Positions 1-8,654 of a stretch of 59,875 nt of DNA are shown piece by piece. Every line of letters begins with the position of its first letter. Position 1 is the first letter of the stretch. The notes beneath the pieces were generated by a model that did not search any database, had not been told where the DNA came from, and was given only the letters and a program-made list of their open reading frames with translations. Source of the stretch: Actinomycetes bacterium (GTDB lineage Bacteria > Actinomycetota > Acidimicrobiia > Acidimicrobiales > JAJYXR01). The DNA lies in assembly GCA_021801525.1 (NCBI GenBank), contig JAJYXW010000159.1, positions 1-59,875 of the forward strand. Direction: 5' to 3'. The position numbers and the translations under genes were made by a program.

Positions 1-2
1 GG

Positions 3-95
3 GAGTGCATGGCTCCCTGTGGCACCGGGGCCGACGGCATGGGTGGCCCGATGGCTACCCCCGGCTGGATGCGCGGCACCCTGACGGTGGCCTGA
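3..95 (+). CDS. 3' end of a cupredoxin-like protein (partial), paralog of the next gene
   Basis: Frame from nt 3 reads ECMAPCGTGADGMGGPMATPGWMRGTLTVA*, which aligns with the C-terminus of 97..849 (QCYAPCGTGMNAMGGAMSTMGWMEGKVTVLA). Confidence 0.8.
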   Translation, partial: ECMAPCGTGADGMGGPMATPGWMRGTLTVA

Positions 96-96
96 G

Positions 97-849
97 ATGG
101 GTGGCAGGCAGGAGAGCGAGAGCGGCAGCGCTTCAGGTCCCCTGGCGGCGCTCGACGCCCTCGGCCGGCGCGTCATCGTGATGATCGATCAGCTCGGCCG
201 GCCCTCCACCAGAGAGAGGGCGGCCCGTGCGAGCCGGACACCGGCGCTGGCCTTGGCAGCGTTGGTGGCCGTCCTGGGCGGGCTCGGGGTCTCCGTGGTA
301 GCCGTTGCAGGAGTGGCTACAGGCGTCCATGCCGGTGCCGCCCGCCTCGCAGGGAGCAGGTCCGATCCGCCCCGTTCGGGGAGGATCGTAGCTGAGTCCA
401 TGGAGATCCAGACCGGGAAGATGGACGGCAAGCCTGGCTGGCCGCGCTACACCAACGCGTTCTGGAGCGTAAGGAGCGGCGACACGGTCGTGCTCAGGAT
501 CACGAGCTACGACGACGGCACGGCTCCCCTCGAGGGGCCTCAGGCCGGGCTGTTCGATCGGGTGCAGGGCACGCTCGGCGGCACCGAGACAGTCGGCGGG
601 CGTCCCGTCTCCTCGATCCCGAACGGCGATGTCGCGCATACCTTCACGGTGCCGGCGCTCGGCCTGAACGTACCGATACCCGTAGCGCCGAAGGGCGGCA
701 GCGTGACCGTGGTTGCGCGCTTCGTGCCTGAACGGACCGGTGTCTTCGTATGGCAGTGCTACGCGCCCTGCGGGACGGGCATGAACGCAATGGGCGGCGC
801 GATGTCGACGATGGGATGGATGGAGGGAAAGGTGACGGTGCTCGCATGA
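97..849 (+). CDS. Membrane-anchored cupredoxin-fold protein (cytochrome oxidase subunit II C-terminal / sulfocyanin-like)
   Basis: N-terminal hydrophobic helix; HTFTVPALGLNVP and GVFVWQCYAPCG...M motifs typical of cupredoxin folds; true start may be downstream (about 178-181). Confidence 0.7.
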   Translation: MGGRQESESGSASGPLAALDALGRRVIVMIDQLGRPSTRERAARASRTPALALAALVAVLGGLGVSVVAVAGVATGVHAGAARLAGSRSDPPRSGRIVAESMEIQTGKMDGKPGWPRYTNAFWSVRSGDTVVLRITSYDDGTAPLEGPQAGLFDRVQGTLGGTETVGGRPVSSIPNGDVAHTFTVPALGLNVPIPVAPKGGSVTVVARFVPERTGVFVWQCYAPCGTGMNAMGGAMSTMGWMEGKVTVLA

Positions 850-1658
850 CAGAGGAGAAGCTCGCCAGGCGGCGGTTCCTGCACGGGGCGGCGCTCGGGG
901 CGGCCGGATTGGCCGGGATCGGGAGCCTCGGCGGCGCGTTCGAGGCGTCGACCTCGCTCGCATCCAGCCGGGATCCCGAACCCGGTGGCGCCGCGAAGCC
1001 GGTGCACCAGTGGGCCATGGTCATCGACCTCCGCTACTGCAACGGCTGCAAGCTCTGCACAGCAGGCTGCCAGGCTGCCCACGGGCTGCACGCGGACCAG
1101 ACCTGGATCGAGGTCTTCACGATGCGAAACGCCGCAGGGGAGACCTACCACATGCCGAGGCCGTGCATGATGTGTGAGGACCCGCCATGCGTGCAGGTCT
1201 GCCCGGTGAGCGCCAACTTCCGGACCGCCGAAGGGCTCACCCTCGTGGACCAGAGCCGCTGCATCGGGACGCGCATCTGCATGAACGCGTGTCCCTACCA
1301 GGCCCGCTACTTCAACTGGAGTGCGCCGAGGCCGGTGCCGCGCCAGCCCTTTCCCCAGGAACCGACCTGGCCGGTGCCCCAGGTGGAGGGCACCGTCGGA
1401 AAGTGCATCTTCTGCGCGGCGATGCTCCCTTCGGGGATGCTCCCCGAGTGCGTGACCCGCTGCCCGATGGGAGTCATCTACCTCGGTGATCTCGAGGCGG
1501 ACGTGGCGACCAACGGCATGGGAAACACGGTGACGCTCTCGAAGTTCCTGGCCGAGAACGACGCGGTGAAGTTCAAGGAGTCCTACGGGACCCACCCGAG
1601 GGTGTTCTACATTCCCGGCCACGGCCAGGACCTCGAGTCCGACACGGCGGGGGGTTGA
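846..1658 (+). CDS. Tat-exported Fe-S protein, NrfC/ActB2/QrcC/DsrO family
   Basis: ATGA overlap with previous gene; RRRFL Tat motif; Cys motifs CNGCKLCTAGC, CMMCEDPPCVQVCP, CIGTRICMNACP, KCIFC..ECVTRCP. Confidence 0.9.
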   Translation: MTEEKLARRRFLHGAALGAAGLAGIGSLGGAFEASTSLASSRDPEPGGAAKPVHQWAMVIDLRYCNGCKLCTAGCQAAHGLHADQTWIEVFTMRNAAGETYHMPRPCMMCEDPPCVQVCPVSANFRTAEGLTLVDQSRCIGTRICMNACPYQARYFNWSAPRPVPRQPFPQEPTWPVPQVEGTVGKCIFCAAMLPSGMLPECVTRCPMGVIYLGDLEADVATNGMGNTVTLSKFLAENDAVKFKESYGTHPRVFYIPGHGQDLESDTAGG

Positions 1659-1661
1659 GCG

Positions 1662-3053
1662 ATGCTCACACTCGAAGAGAACGTTGTCGCCGGGCGGGAC
1701 GACGTCGTGGCGGCTGCAATGCGGCCCGTGGTCGACACCCCATCGTGGTGGTGGCCGGCGGTGGCGGTCCTCGGCGCGGTGGTGGCCCTCGGCGTCGTCG
1801 CCTGGGCGGTGCAACTTGCTGATGGCCTGGGCGTGGCAGGTTACAACGACCGCGCGTTCTGGGCCGTGTACGAGGCCGACCTGGTGGCCTTCGTCGGGGT
1901 GAGCTACGGCGGGGCGGTGGTGTCGGCGATCCTGCGGCTCACCAATGCTACCTGGCGAGCCCCCCTCACGCGCATAGCCGAGGGGACCGCCCTCGTCACA
2001 CTTCCGATCGGGATGATCTTCATCATCCCCCACCTCGGGAGCCCCTGGCGGGTCTGGGAGCTCGTCTGGCCGCCCTACTGGAACCTCTCCTCGCCGATAT
2101 TGTGGGACTTCTTCGCTGTGAGCACCTACCTGCTCGCGACGGCAGTCTTCTTCTACCTGCCGCTCGTTCCCGATCTCCCGATCGCGAGGAGATGGCTGGC
2201 CGGCCGCGGAGGGCTCCGCACCCGTGGCTGCCGGGCGCTGTACAAGCTGCTCGGCGGAGGTTGGGAGGGCACGGAAAGCCAGCGACGGCTCCTGCACGGG
2301 TCGATCGGGCTCGTCGCGATAATGGTGATCCCGATGGCGGTGTCAGTGCACTCGGTGCTCTCCTTCGCGTTCGCATCCTCGTCGCGATCGGGGTACTTGG
2401 AGACGATCTTCCCGGTGTACTTCGTCGTGGCGGCACTGTACTCGGGTGTTGCCCTGGTTGTTCTGGCGGTCGCAGCCGGGAGGCGCCTCTTCCACTTGGA
2501 GGCATTCATCCATCCCCGCCACCTGGTGCGCCTCGGGTTTGTGATGGTCGTGTTCGGCGCCGCCTACATATACCTGACCTTCACGGAGTACCTAGTCGAC
2601 GGGTACTCCGGGACCACCGACAACGCCGCCTGGGTGCGCCAGATCCTCGTCGGCCGCTACTGGGTGCCGTTTTGGTTCTACTTCGTGGCTGCCGGGCTGG
2701 TGCCGATCATGGTGATGGCTATACGGCGCACCCGCAACGCGACCGGCGTCATCGTGGCCTCGGGGCTCGTCGTCGTGGCCATGTGGGTGAAGCGCCTCGT
2801 CATCGTGATCCCGCCGGCTACCGAGCCGCTAGTGCGCTCCCCGCTTGCCGCAGCCGGCATCGCCGGGAGATGGGGCAGCTACCACTTCACGTGGGTGCCC
2901 ATTTCCATCACCTTGGCCGCTACTGCTGCGATCCCCCTGCTGTTGCTGATCCTCTTCCGCTTCGTGCCCATCCTGCCGATATCGGAGATGGAGGAGCTCG
3001 CGGGCGACGGGGAAGGGGCGCAGGGAATGCCGATCCGGAGGGAGGGGCTGTGA
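1662..3053 (+). CDS. NrfD/PsrC/ActC family polytopic membrane subunit (quinol-interacting)
   Basis: About 10 hydrophobic segments; HLGSPWRVW, SPILWDFFAVSTY and VSVHSVLSF motifs; follows the Fe-S subunit. Confidence 0.9.
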   Translation: MLTLEENVVAGRDDVVAAAMRPVVDTPSWWWPAVAVLGAVVALGVVAWAVQLADGLGVAGYNDRAFWAVYEADLVAFVGVSYGGAVVSAILRLTNATWRAPLTRIAEGTALVTLPIGMIFIIPHLGSPWRVWELVWPPYWNLSSPILWDFFAVSTYLLATAVFFYLPLVPDLPIARRWLAGRGGLRTRGCRALYKLLGGGWEGTESQRRLLHGSIGLVAIMVIPMAVSVHSVLSFAFASSSRSGYLETIFPVYFVVAALYSGVALVVLAVAAGRRLFHLEAFIHPRHLVRLGFVMVVFGAAYIYLTFTEYLVDGYSGTTDNAAWVRQILVGRYWVPFWFYFVAAGLVPIMVMAIRRTRNATGVIVASGLVVVAMWVKRLVIVIPPATEPLVRSPLAAAGIAGRWGSYHFTWVPISITLAATAAIPLLLLILFRFVPILPISEMEELAGDGEGAQGMPIRREGL

Positions 3054-3544
3054 GATTCGAGAACATGCGCCGCCGGTTGCGACCCGTTGGTCGCAGTGCT
3101 CTCGGGGCAATGCTGCTCACGGTGCTCCTCGCCGGGGGCGCCGGGCTCGCCGCGGCGCGCTTTGCAACCGGGCCTCCGAGGAACGCTTCCCCCCAGGTCT
3201 CGAGTTCGAGTGGGTCCACGCGTGCCGCTCGCGCCGGCGAGCTGGTCTCCTGGTCTGCCGCCAGGGATGGCAGCCGACCGGACGAAGCTGTCATGGCTGT
3301 AGCCGTGGACCGCTCGGCTGCGAGCGCTGTAGCCGTGGACCGCTCGGCTGCGAGCGCTTCCCGGGATGCTGCCGCCCGTTTCGGAGGAAGGGTCGAGGCT
3401 TCGAGACCCGACGGCACGATCGGGCGGTGGGTCGTCGCCGTGTTGCTGAGCGGCGTGGTCGTTCTCTGGTTCACCCTCTTCGTGATCGTCGTGCGAGTGC
3501 GCAGGTCGCTCCGGAGCCCCGGAGAGCCGCCGGCAGCGCACTAG
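3050..3544 (+). CDS. Hypothetical membrane protein
   Basis: GTGA overlap and GGAGGG RBS; N- and C-terminal hydrophobic helices; internal duplication AVAVDRSAAS x2. Confidence 0.5.
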   Translation: MRFENMRRRLRPVGRSALGAMLLTVLLAGGAGLAAARFATGPPRNASPQVSSSSGSTRAARAGELVSWSAARDGSRPDEAVMAVAVDRSAASAVAVDRSAASASRDAAARFGGRVEASRPDGTIGRWVVAVLLSGVVVLWFTLFVIVVRVRRSLRSPGEPPAAH

Positions 3545-3613
3545 CCGGGAGGAGTCGCTGCGGGGCCCGCCGGGGGGCGCCTGAGAGGTGCCGCGAGGTG
3601 CCGGGGCTCCGGA

Positions 3614-3648
3614 GCGCCTGGTGCGCCTGGTGCGCCTGGTGCGCCTGG
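3614..3648. repeat. 9-bp tandem repeat GCGCCTGGT, about 4 copies
   Basis: Read directly from the intergenic sequence. Confidence 0.85.
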
Positions 3649-3663
3649 CGCAGATGTGGGCCT

Positions 3664-5016
3664 ATGATCGAGCCGGTGAGCGGACCTGACGCTACTGGTG
3701 CCGGAGGCGGCAACGCACACGATGCGAGGAGCGCTGCGCTTCGAGACTTCGCCCGCTACATAAACCCCCAGAAGGTCCGTGTGCTGAAGGCAGCGGGCCT
3801 CGACCTGATCGAGGGCGCGCGCGAGGGCGTGTGGGTCACCGACTTGGACGGGCGGCGCTTCCTCGATTGCTTCACCTCTGCCGGCTCCTTCAACATCGGT
3901 AGGCGACACCCCCGCGTGGTGGCTGCGATGCACCGGGCCGTGGACAGTCTCGACCACGGGAACTTCCTCCTGTGCTCGGCGCAGAAGGCCGAGCTTGGCG
4001 CCAAGCTCGCCGAGATCACCCCTGCGAAGCTCACCTGCAGCACCTTCGGGACAGGCGGGGGAGAGGCCGTCGACTTCGCGCTGAAGCTCGCACGCGGGGC
4101 CACTGGGAGGTCCAAGATCGTCTCCACTGTGAACGGGTACCACGGACATACCGGCTTCGCGCTGTCGGCAGCGGGTCGGAGCGCCTACCGGGCCTCCTTC
4201 GAGCCGCTCATGCCGGGGTTCGACCAGGTGCCCTTCGGTGACGTGGGCGCAGCACGCGCTGCCATCGACGGCGACGTGGCCGCGGTGATCGTGGAGCCGG
4301 TACAGGGAGAAGGCGGCGTAGTGGTCGCGCCCGACGGGTACCTGGCTGAGCTGCGCGAAGCCTGTGACGCATCGGGGGCGCTCCTCGTCCTCGATGAGAT
4401 CCAGACCGGCTTCGGCCGAACGGGCCGGTGGTTCGCCTCCGAGCACAGCGGCGTGCTGCCCGACGTGATGACCGTGGCCAAGTCGCTCGGCGGATCGCTC
4501 GTGTCGATATCCGCGACCATATACACCGAGGAGCTCCGCGAGTTCCTCATCCCGAACCCCTTCGTGCATTTGTCCACCTTCGGCGGGTCGGACCTCGCCT
4601 GTGTTATCGCGCTGGAGACCATCTCTGTCATAGAGGACGAGGGCCTGGTGGAGAACGCCTCGGTCATGGGTGCCAAGCTGCTTGCCGGCCTCGAGGAGCT
4701 CAGGTCTGCCCATCCCGAGGTGATGGAGGAGGTCCGTGGGATCGGTCTCATGTGCGGGATCAAGTACCGGGAAGACTCCATGGGGCCGCGCATGTCGTTC
4801 CAGCTCGCCCGCCACGGCGTGCTTGCCGTCTACACCGGCAACGACCCCTCGGTCATGAGGATCATGCCCCCGCTCGTCATCACCGAGGGAGAGGTGGCTT
4901 TCCTCCTCGAGGCGCTCGACGCGGCGATGCGCGACCTCGCCTCGGGAGCCGGGACGGAGAGCACGGCGCCGTCAGGCCCCCGCCGCCGCCCGCAGCGCCA
5001 GCCGGCTTCGAGCTGA
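3664..5016 (+). CDS. Class III PLP aminotransferase (putrescine/acetylornithine aminotransferase-like)
   Basis: GYHGHT, VIVEPVQGEGG, DEIQTGFGRTG, PDVMTVAKSLGG and STFGG motifs. Confidence 0.92.
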   Translation: MIEPVSGPDATGAGGGNAHDARSAALRDFARYINPQKVRVLKAAGLDLIEGAREGVWVTDLDGRRFLDCFTSAGSFNIGRRHPRVVAAMHRAVDSLDHGNFLLCSAQKAELGAKLAEITPAKLTCSTFGTGGGEAVDFALKLARGATGRSKIVSTVNGYHGHTGFALSAAGRSAYRASFEPLMPGFDQVPFGDVGAARAAIDGDVAAVIVEPVQGEGGVVVAPDGYLAELREACDASGALLVLDEIQTGFGRTGRWFASEHSGVLPDVMTVAKSLGGSLVSISATIYTEELREFLIPNPFVHLSTFGGSDLACVIALETISVIEDEGLVENASVMGAKLLAGLEELRSAHPEVMEEVRGIGLMCGIKYREDSMGPRMSFQLARHGVLAVYTGNDPSVMRIMPPLVITEGEVAFLLEALDAAMRDLASGAGTESTAPSGPRRRPQRQPASS

Positions 5017-5041
5017 GGCGAGCTGCCTGCACGCATTGGGA

Positions 5042-5121
5042 CCGCCCAGCCTGAACCGATCTAGCCTGAACGGATCTAGCCTGTACCGCCCAGCCTGTAC
5101 CGCCCAGCCTGTACCGATCTA
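5042..5121. repeat. Imperfect 14-15 bp tandem repeat (CCGCCCAGCCTGTA / CCGATCTAGCCTGAA), about 6 units
   Basis: Read directly; ends at the AGGAGG RBS of the next gene. Confidence 0.75.
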
Positions 5122-5132
5122 GGAGGAATGCC

Positions 5133-5492
5133 TTGGCAACCTGGGGAGAGCTAGAGGAGGCGCTCGCCGACTACACCGTGCAGTGCAATGCCAACGAGCG
5201 GCTCCGCAAGATGCAGCGTGACTGGTCGCGCCGGCTGCACTTCAGTTGCGTGGACAGTGACGTCACCTTCACCATGGTGGTGGACCACGGGGAGATAGTC
5301 GAGGTGAGCGAGGGTCACGACGGGGTGCCGGACATCGGCGTGTCGGCGTCCTCGGAGGTGTTCTGCGACATGTTCTGGGGAGACCTGAACCCGGTGAGCA
5401 AGTACCTGGCAGGCGAGATCAAGGTCCAGGGCAGCCAGGAGGACGTCATGCGCCTCGACGCCATCAGCGCCATCATCTGGCCCGACACCTGA
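5133..5492 (+). CDS. SCP2 sterol/lipid-binding domain protein
   Basis: AGGAGG RBS with TTG start; C-terminal GDLNPVSKYLAGEIKVQGS matches the SCP2 pattern. Confidence 0.8.
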   Translation: MATWGELEEALADYTVQCNANERLRKMQRDWSRRLHFSCVDSDVTFTMVVDHGEIVEVSEGHDGVPDIGVSASSEVFCDMFWGDLNPVSKYLAGEIKVQGSQEDVMRLDAISAIIWPDT

Positions 5493-5506
5493 GCGGGGGA
5501 GGGACG

Positions 5507-6988
5507 TTGACCGACGCCGCGGTGCCTGGCGCGCCCGAGGGCGCGGCTCCGGCACTCCAGCTACGGCGCGCGCTTGGGCTCGCATCCGCGACGGCCACCT
5601 CTGCTGGATTGGCCTTTGCCGCGATGGACTACCTCGCGGTCGTCTCCGTGGCGGCTTACGCCGCCGGTGACTCCGCGTGGCTCGCCATACTCGTCGCGGG
5701 CTTCCTCGCGCTCCTCGTGGCCGGGGTCTTCTCCGAGCTGAACGGGCTCTATCCGAGCGCGGCCGGCATCCGGCTCTACATGACGAGAGCCATGGGCCCG
5801 AAGAGCGCTTTGTCGGTCACGTTCACCTACATGACGACGATCGTGCTGGTGATAGCAGCGGACGCATTCATCATCGGCGCTGCGGTCCAGCACGGCCTCC
5901 ACGAGCCCGCCGTGCTCGCCTACGTCTGGATCGTGCTGCTGGTAGGCGTGGCCATGGCGGCGAACCTCCTCGGGGTGAGGCTTGCCGGCCGGGTGCAGGA
6001 TCTGGTGACGTACACGGTCCTCGGCTCCACGGTCGCCCTCTCCCTCGTCGCGATCTTCCACGTGCCTGGCCCGTTCCGCACGCCGTTCGCGGTCTTCGAG
6101 CACGGGCCACACGGGGCGATCGAGGCGGTCGCGTTCGGCGTCTTCCTCTACGCGGCCTTCGAGTGGGTGACCACCACTGCCGAGGAGGTCCGATCGCCGT
6201 CGGTGACGACGCGGGCGCTGTTCATCGCTCCGGGCATCCTTTTCGTGGTGACTGCTCTCGTGTCGTTCGCCATGAGCCACGCCGTGGCGTTCCACAGGCT
6301 CCACGGCAGCGCTTACCCGCAACTCCTGCTCGGCAAGGCCACCCTTGGCACCTTGGGCGAGCTGTGGATGCTCGCGACCACGGTGCTCACGGCTGTCAAC
6401 ACTTTCAACGGCGGGTTCCTCACTGCATCGCGCTTCATCTACGCGGCGGCGCGCGAGGACACCCTTCCGCGCTCGTTCGCACGCCTCAACCTTCGTGCAG
6501 TGCCATGGCTTGCGGTTGTGGTGCTCGGCACGACATCCATGGCAGTGGCAGCCGCGGTGTTCGCGACCCACCAGTGGCTGCTGCTCGTAGCTGTGGGCTC
6601 GACCCTCGAAGCACTCATCTACGCGTTCGCGTGCTGGTCTGTCCTGGTTCTTCGCCGGAGGGAGCCACGTAGCCGCCCGTTCCGCCTTCGCGCAGGGAAG
6701 CCGCTCGCCATTGCTGGTGTGGTCGTGTTCGCTGCGCTCGGGTTGGCGTCTGGGTTCTCGGACCCCAGGCACCCGAGCAAGCTGTCGGCGCTGCCGATGG
6801 CGGTCGTGGTCGTGATGGCAGTGCTGTCCACGTGCTACGTGCTCATGGCCGTCCCGCGCCTTCGAGCCAAGGCCCGAGCCCGCGCGGCAGCGGCTCGGCC
6901 CAGGCGCCGGCCTCAGCGCCCCGACACCGTCGCGCCAGGCGCACCTACCCCCGACCCGGCTGCATCGGACCCGGCTTCGCCGGGGTAG
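5507..6988 (+). CDS. APC family amino acid/polyamine permease
   Basis: About 12 TM segments; LRRALG, ELNGLYPSAAG, AAFEWVTTTAEE and SRFIYAAARE motifs. Confidence 0.88.
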   Translation: MTDAAVPGAPEGAAPALQLRRALGLASATATSAGLAFAAMDYLAVVSVAAYAAGDSAWLAILVAGFLALLVAGVFSELNGLYPSAAGIRLYMTRAMGPKSALSVTFTYMTTIVLVIAADAFIIGAAVQHGLHEPAVLAYVWIVLLVGVAMAANLLGVRLAGRVQDLVTYTVLGSTVALSLVAIFHVPGPFRTPFAVFEHGPHGAIEAVAFGVFLYAAFEWVTTTAEEVRSPSVTTRALFIAPGILFVVTALVSFAMSHAVAFHRLHGSAYPQLLLGKATLGTLGELWMLATTVLTAVNTFNGGFLTASRFIYAAAREDTLPRSFARLNLRAVPWLAVVVLGTTSMAVAAAVFATHQWLLLVAVGSTLEALIYAFACWSVLVLRRREPRSRPFRLRAGKPLAIAGVVVFAALGLASGFSDPRHPSKLSALPMAVVVVMAVLSTCYVLMAVPRLRAKARARAAAARPRRRPQRPDTVAPGAPTPDPAASDPASPG

Positions 6989-8649
6989 CGGACCGCGCCG
7001 GCCGCGCCAGGCGCACCTACCCCCGACCCGGCTGCCTCGGCCCCAGCCTCGCCGGGGTGCCTCACCTCGCCAGCCCTGCCGACCTCCCCAGCCTTGCCGA
7101 CCTCGCCAGCCTGGGCGGTCTTCCCAGCGTGCAAATCCAGCAAGCGCGCTTGTGCCTTGTTGCGAGGCGGCAGCACGACCAGTGCTACGAGGGCGCCTGC
7201 TATGGCTGTAGCGGCCCCGACGATCATGGCGAGGCTCATTCCCGAGACGAAAGCGGCGTCGGCCACATGAGCCAGGGCGGCGCCCAGGGTGCCCCCAGCT
7301 CGGTCGGCCACCATGAGCGCTCCTCCGAGCGACGAGACGATCGCTTGGCGGGCGGCAGGAGGCACGTGGTGCCCGGCGATCACCGCGCTCACGCGCCCTG
7401 CATAGCGAGTCGCGAGCAGGCTGCCGAGCACTCCGACGCCAAGAGCGCCGCCGACTTGGATCATGGTGGAGTTGGTGGCCGACCCCACGCCCGCGCGCTC
7501 GACGGGAAGCGATCCGAGGACAGCGTCGGTGGCGGGGGGCATGACGAGGCCTATGCCTGCTCCGAGCAGCAAGAACCGCCAGATCACCTGGCTGTAGGCA
7601 TCGCCTAGACCTAGTGCTGAGGTCGCGAGCAGACCTGCTGCCACCACAGCGAGACCCCCCGTTACGAGGAAGCGTGCCCCCAGGCGCCTGACGAGCAGCC
7701 CGGCGGCGGCGGCGGCGACGAACATCACTATCGACACCGGAGCGATGAGCAGCCCGGTGCGCAGCGCCGAGTTACCGAGCACGAACTGGAGGTACTGCGT
7801 GAGCATGAAGAGCGCGCCGGAGAGCGCGAACAAGGCCAGGGCGAGCGACGCGCTCGCACCCGCGAAGGCCCGGTGGGTGAAGAGGCGGACGTCGAGCATC
7901 GGGTGGTCGCAGCGAAGCTCCCAGACCACGAACCCTGCGAGCAGGAGCGCACCGGCGCCCAGCGCGCCGAGCGTGGAGGTTGCCCCCCACCCATGGATCG
8001 GGGCCTCGATGATCCCCCACAGCAGCGTTCCCAGGCCGCCGATGGACAGCAGGGTGCCGAGGATGTCCGGCCGCGAGTCGCGCCGGCCTGCCATGCGGGG
8101 CACGATCCAGAGGCTGCCGGCGAGCGCGATTGCCACAACCGGGACGTTCACTAGGAACACCGATCCCCACCAGTAGTGGTCGAGCAGCCACCCGCCGACC
8201 ACGGGGCCGATGGCTACTCCCAATCCCGACGTTCCCGCCCAGATGCCTACGGCCCGGGCGCGTTCGTGGGGTTCCTGGAACACGTTGGTGATAATTGACA
8301 AGGTCGCGGGCATCAGCATCGCTCCGCCTACCCCCATGAGCGCGCGCGCTGCGATCAGGGCGGGCGAGCTGCCCGAGAAGGCGCACGCGGCAGAACCGGC
8401 TCCGAAGACCGCCAGGCCTGCGACGAGCAGGCGCCGCGCTCCGAAGCGGTCGCCGAGGTTTCCGGCTGTGAGCAGCAGGCCCGCGAATATCACGGCGTAA
8501 GCGTCGACGATCCACTGGAGCTGGCTCGTCGAGGCGTGGAGGTCGCGGACGAGCGTAGGCAACGCGACGTTCAGGATCGTCTGGTCGATCCCCGTCACTA
8601 GCAGGCTCAGGCACAGCACGACGAGGACCCACCACCGTCGTGTTCGCAT
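6913..8649 (-). CDS. DHA2 (EmrB/QacA) MFS efflux transporter
   Basis: DQTILNVALPTL, LQWIVDAY, GNLGDRFGARR and WGSVFLVNVPV motifs; 14-TM pattern. Confidence 0.92.
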   Translation of the reverse strand: MRTRRWWVLVVLCLSLLVTGIDQTILNVALPTLVRDLHASTSQLQWIVDAYAVIFAGLLLTAGNLGDRFGARRLLVAGLAVFGAGSAACAFSGSSPALIAARALMGVGGAMLMPATLSIITNVFQEPHERARAVGIWAGTSGLGVAIGPVVGGWLLDHYWWGSVFLVNVPVVAIALAGSLWIVPRMAGRRDSRPDILGTLLSIGGLGTLLWGIIEAPIHGWGATSTLGALGAGALLLAGFVVWELRCDHPMLDVRLFTHRAFAGASASLALALFALSGALFMLTQYLQFVLGNSALRTGLLIAPVSIVMFVAAAAAGLLVRRLGARFLVTGGLAVVAAGLLATSALGLGDAYSQVIWRFLLLGAGIGLVMPPATDAVLGSLPVERAGVGSATNSTMIQVGGALGVGVLGSLLATRYAGRVSAVIAGHHVPPAARQAIVSSLGGALMVADRAGGTLGAALAHVADAAFVSGMSLAMIVGAATAIAGALVALVVLPPRNKAQARLLDLHAGKTAQAGEVGKAGEVGRAGEVRHPGEAGAEAAGSGVGAPGAAGAVRYPGEAGSDAAGSGVGAPGATVSGR

Positions 8650-8654
8650 GGTGT

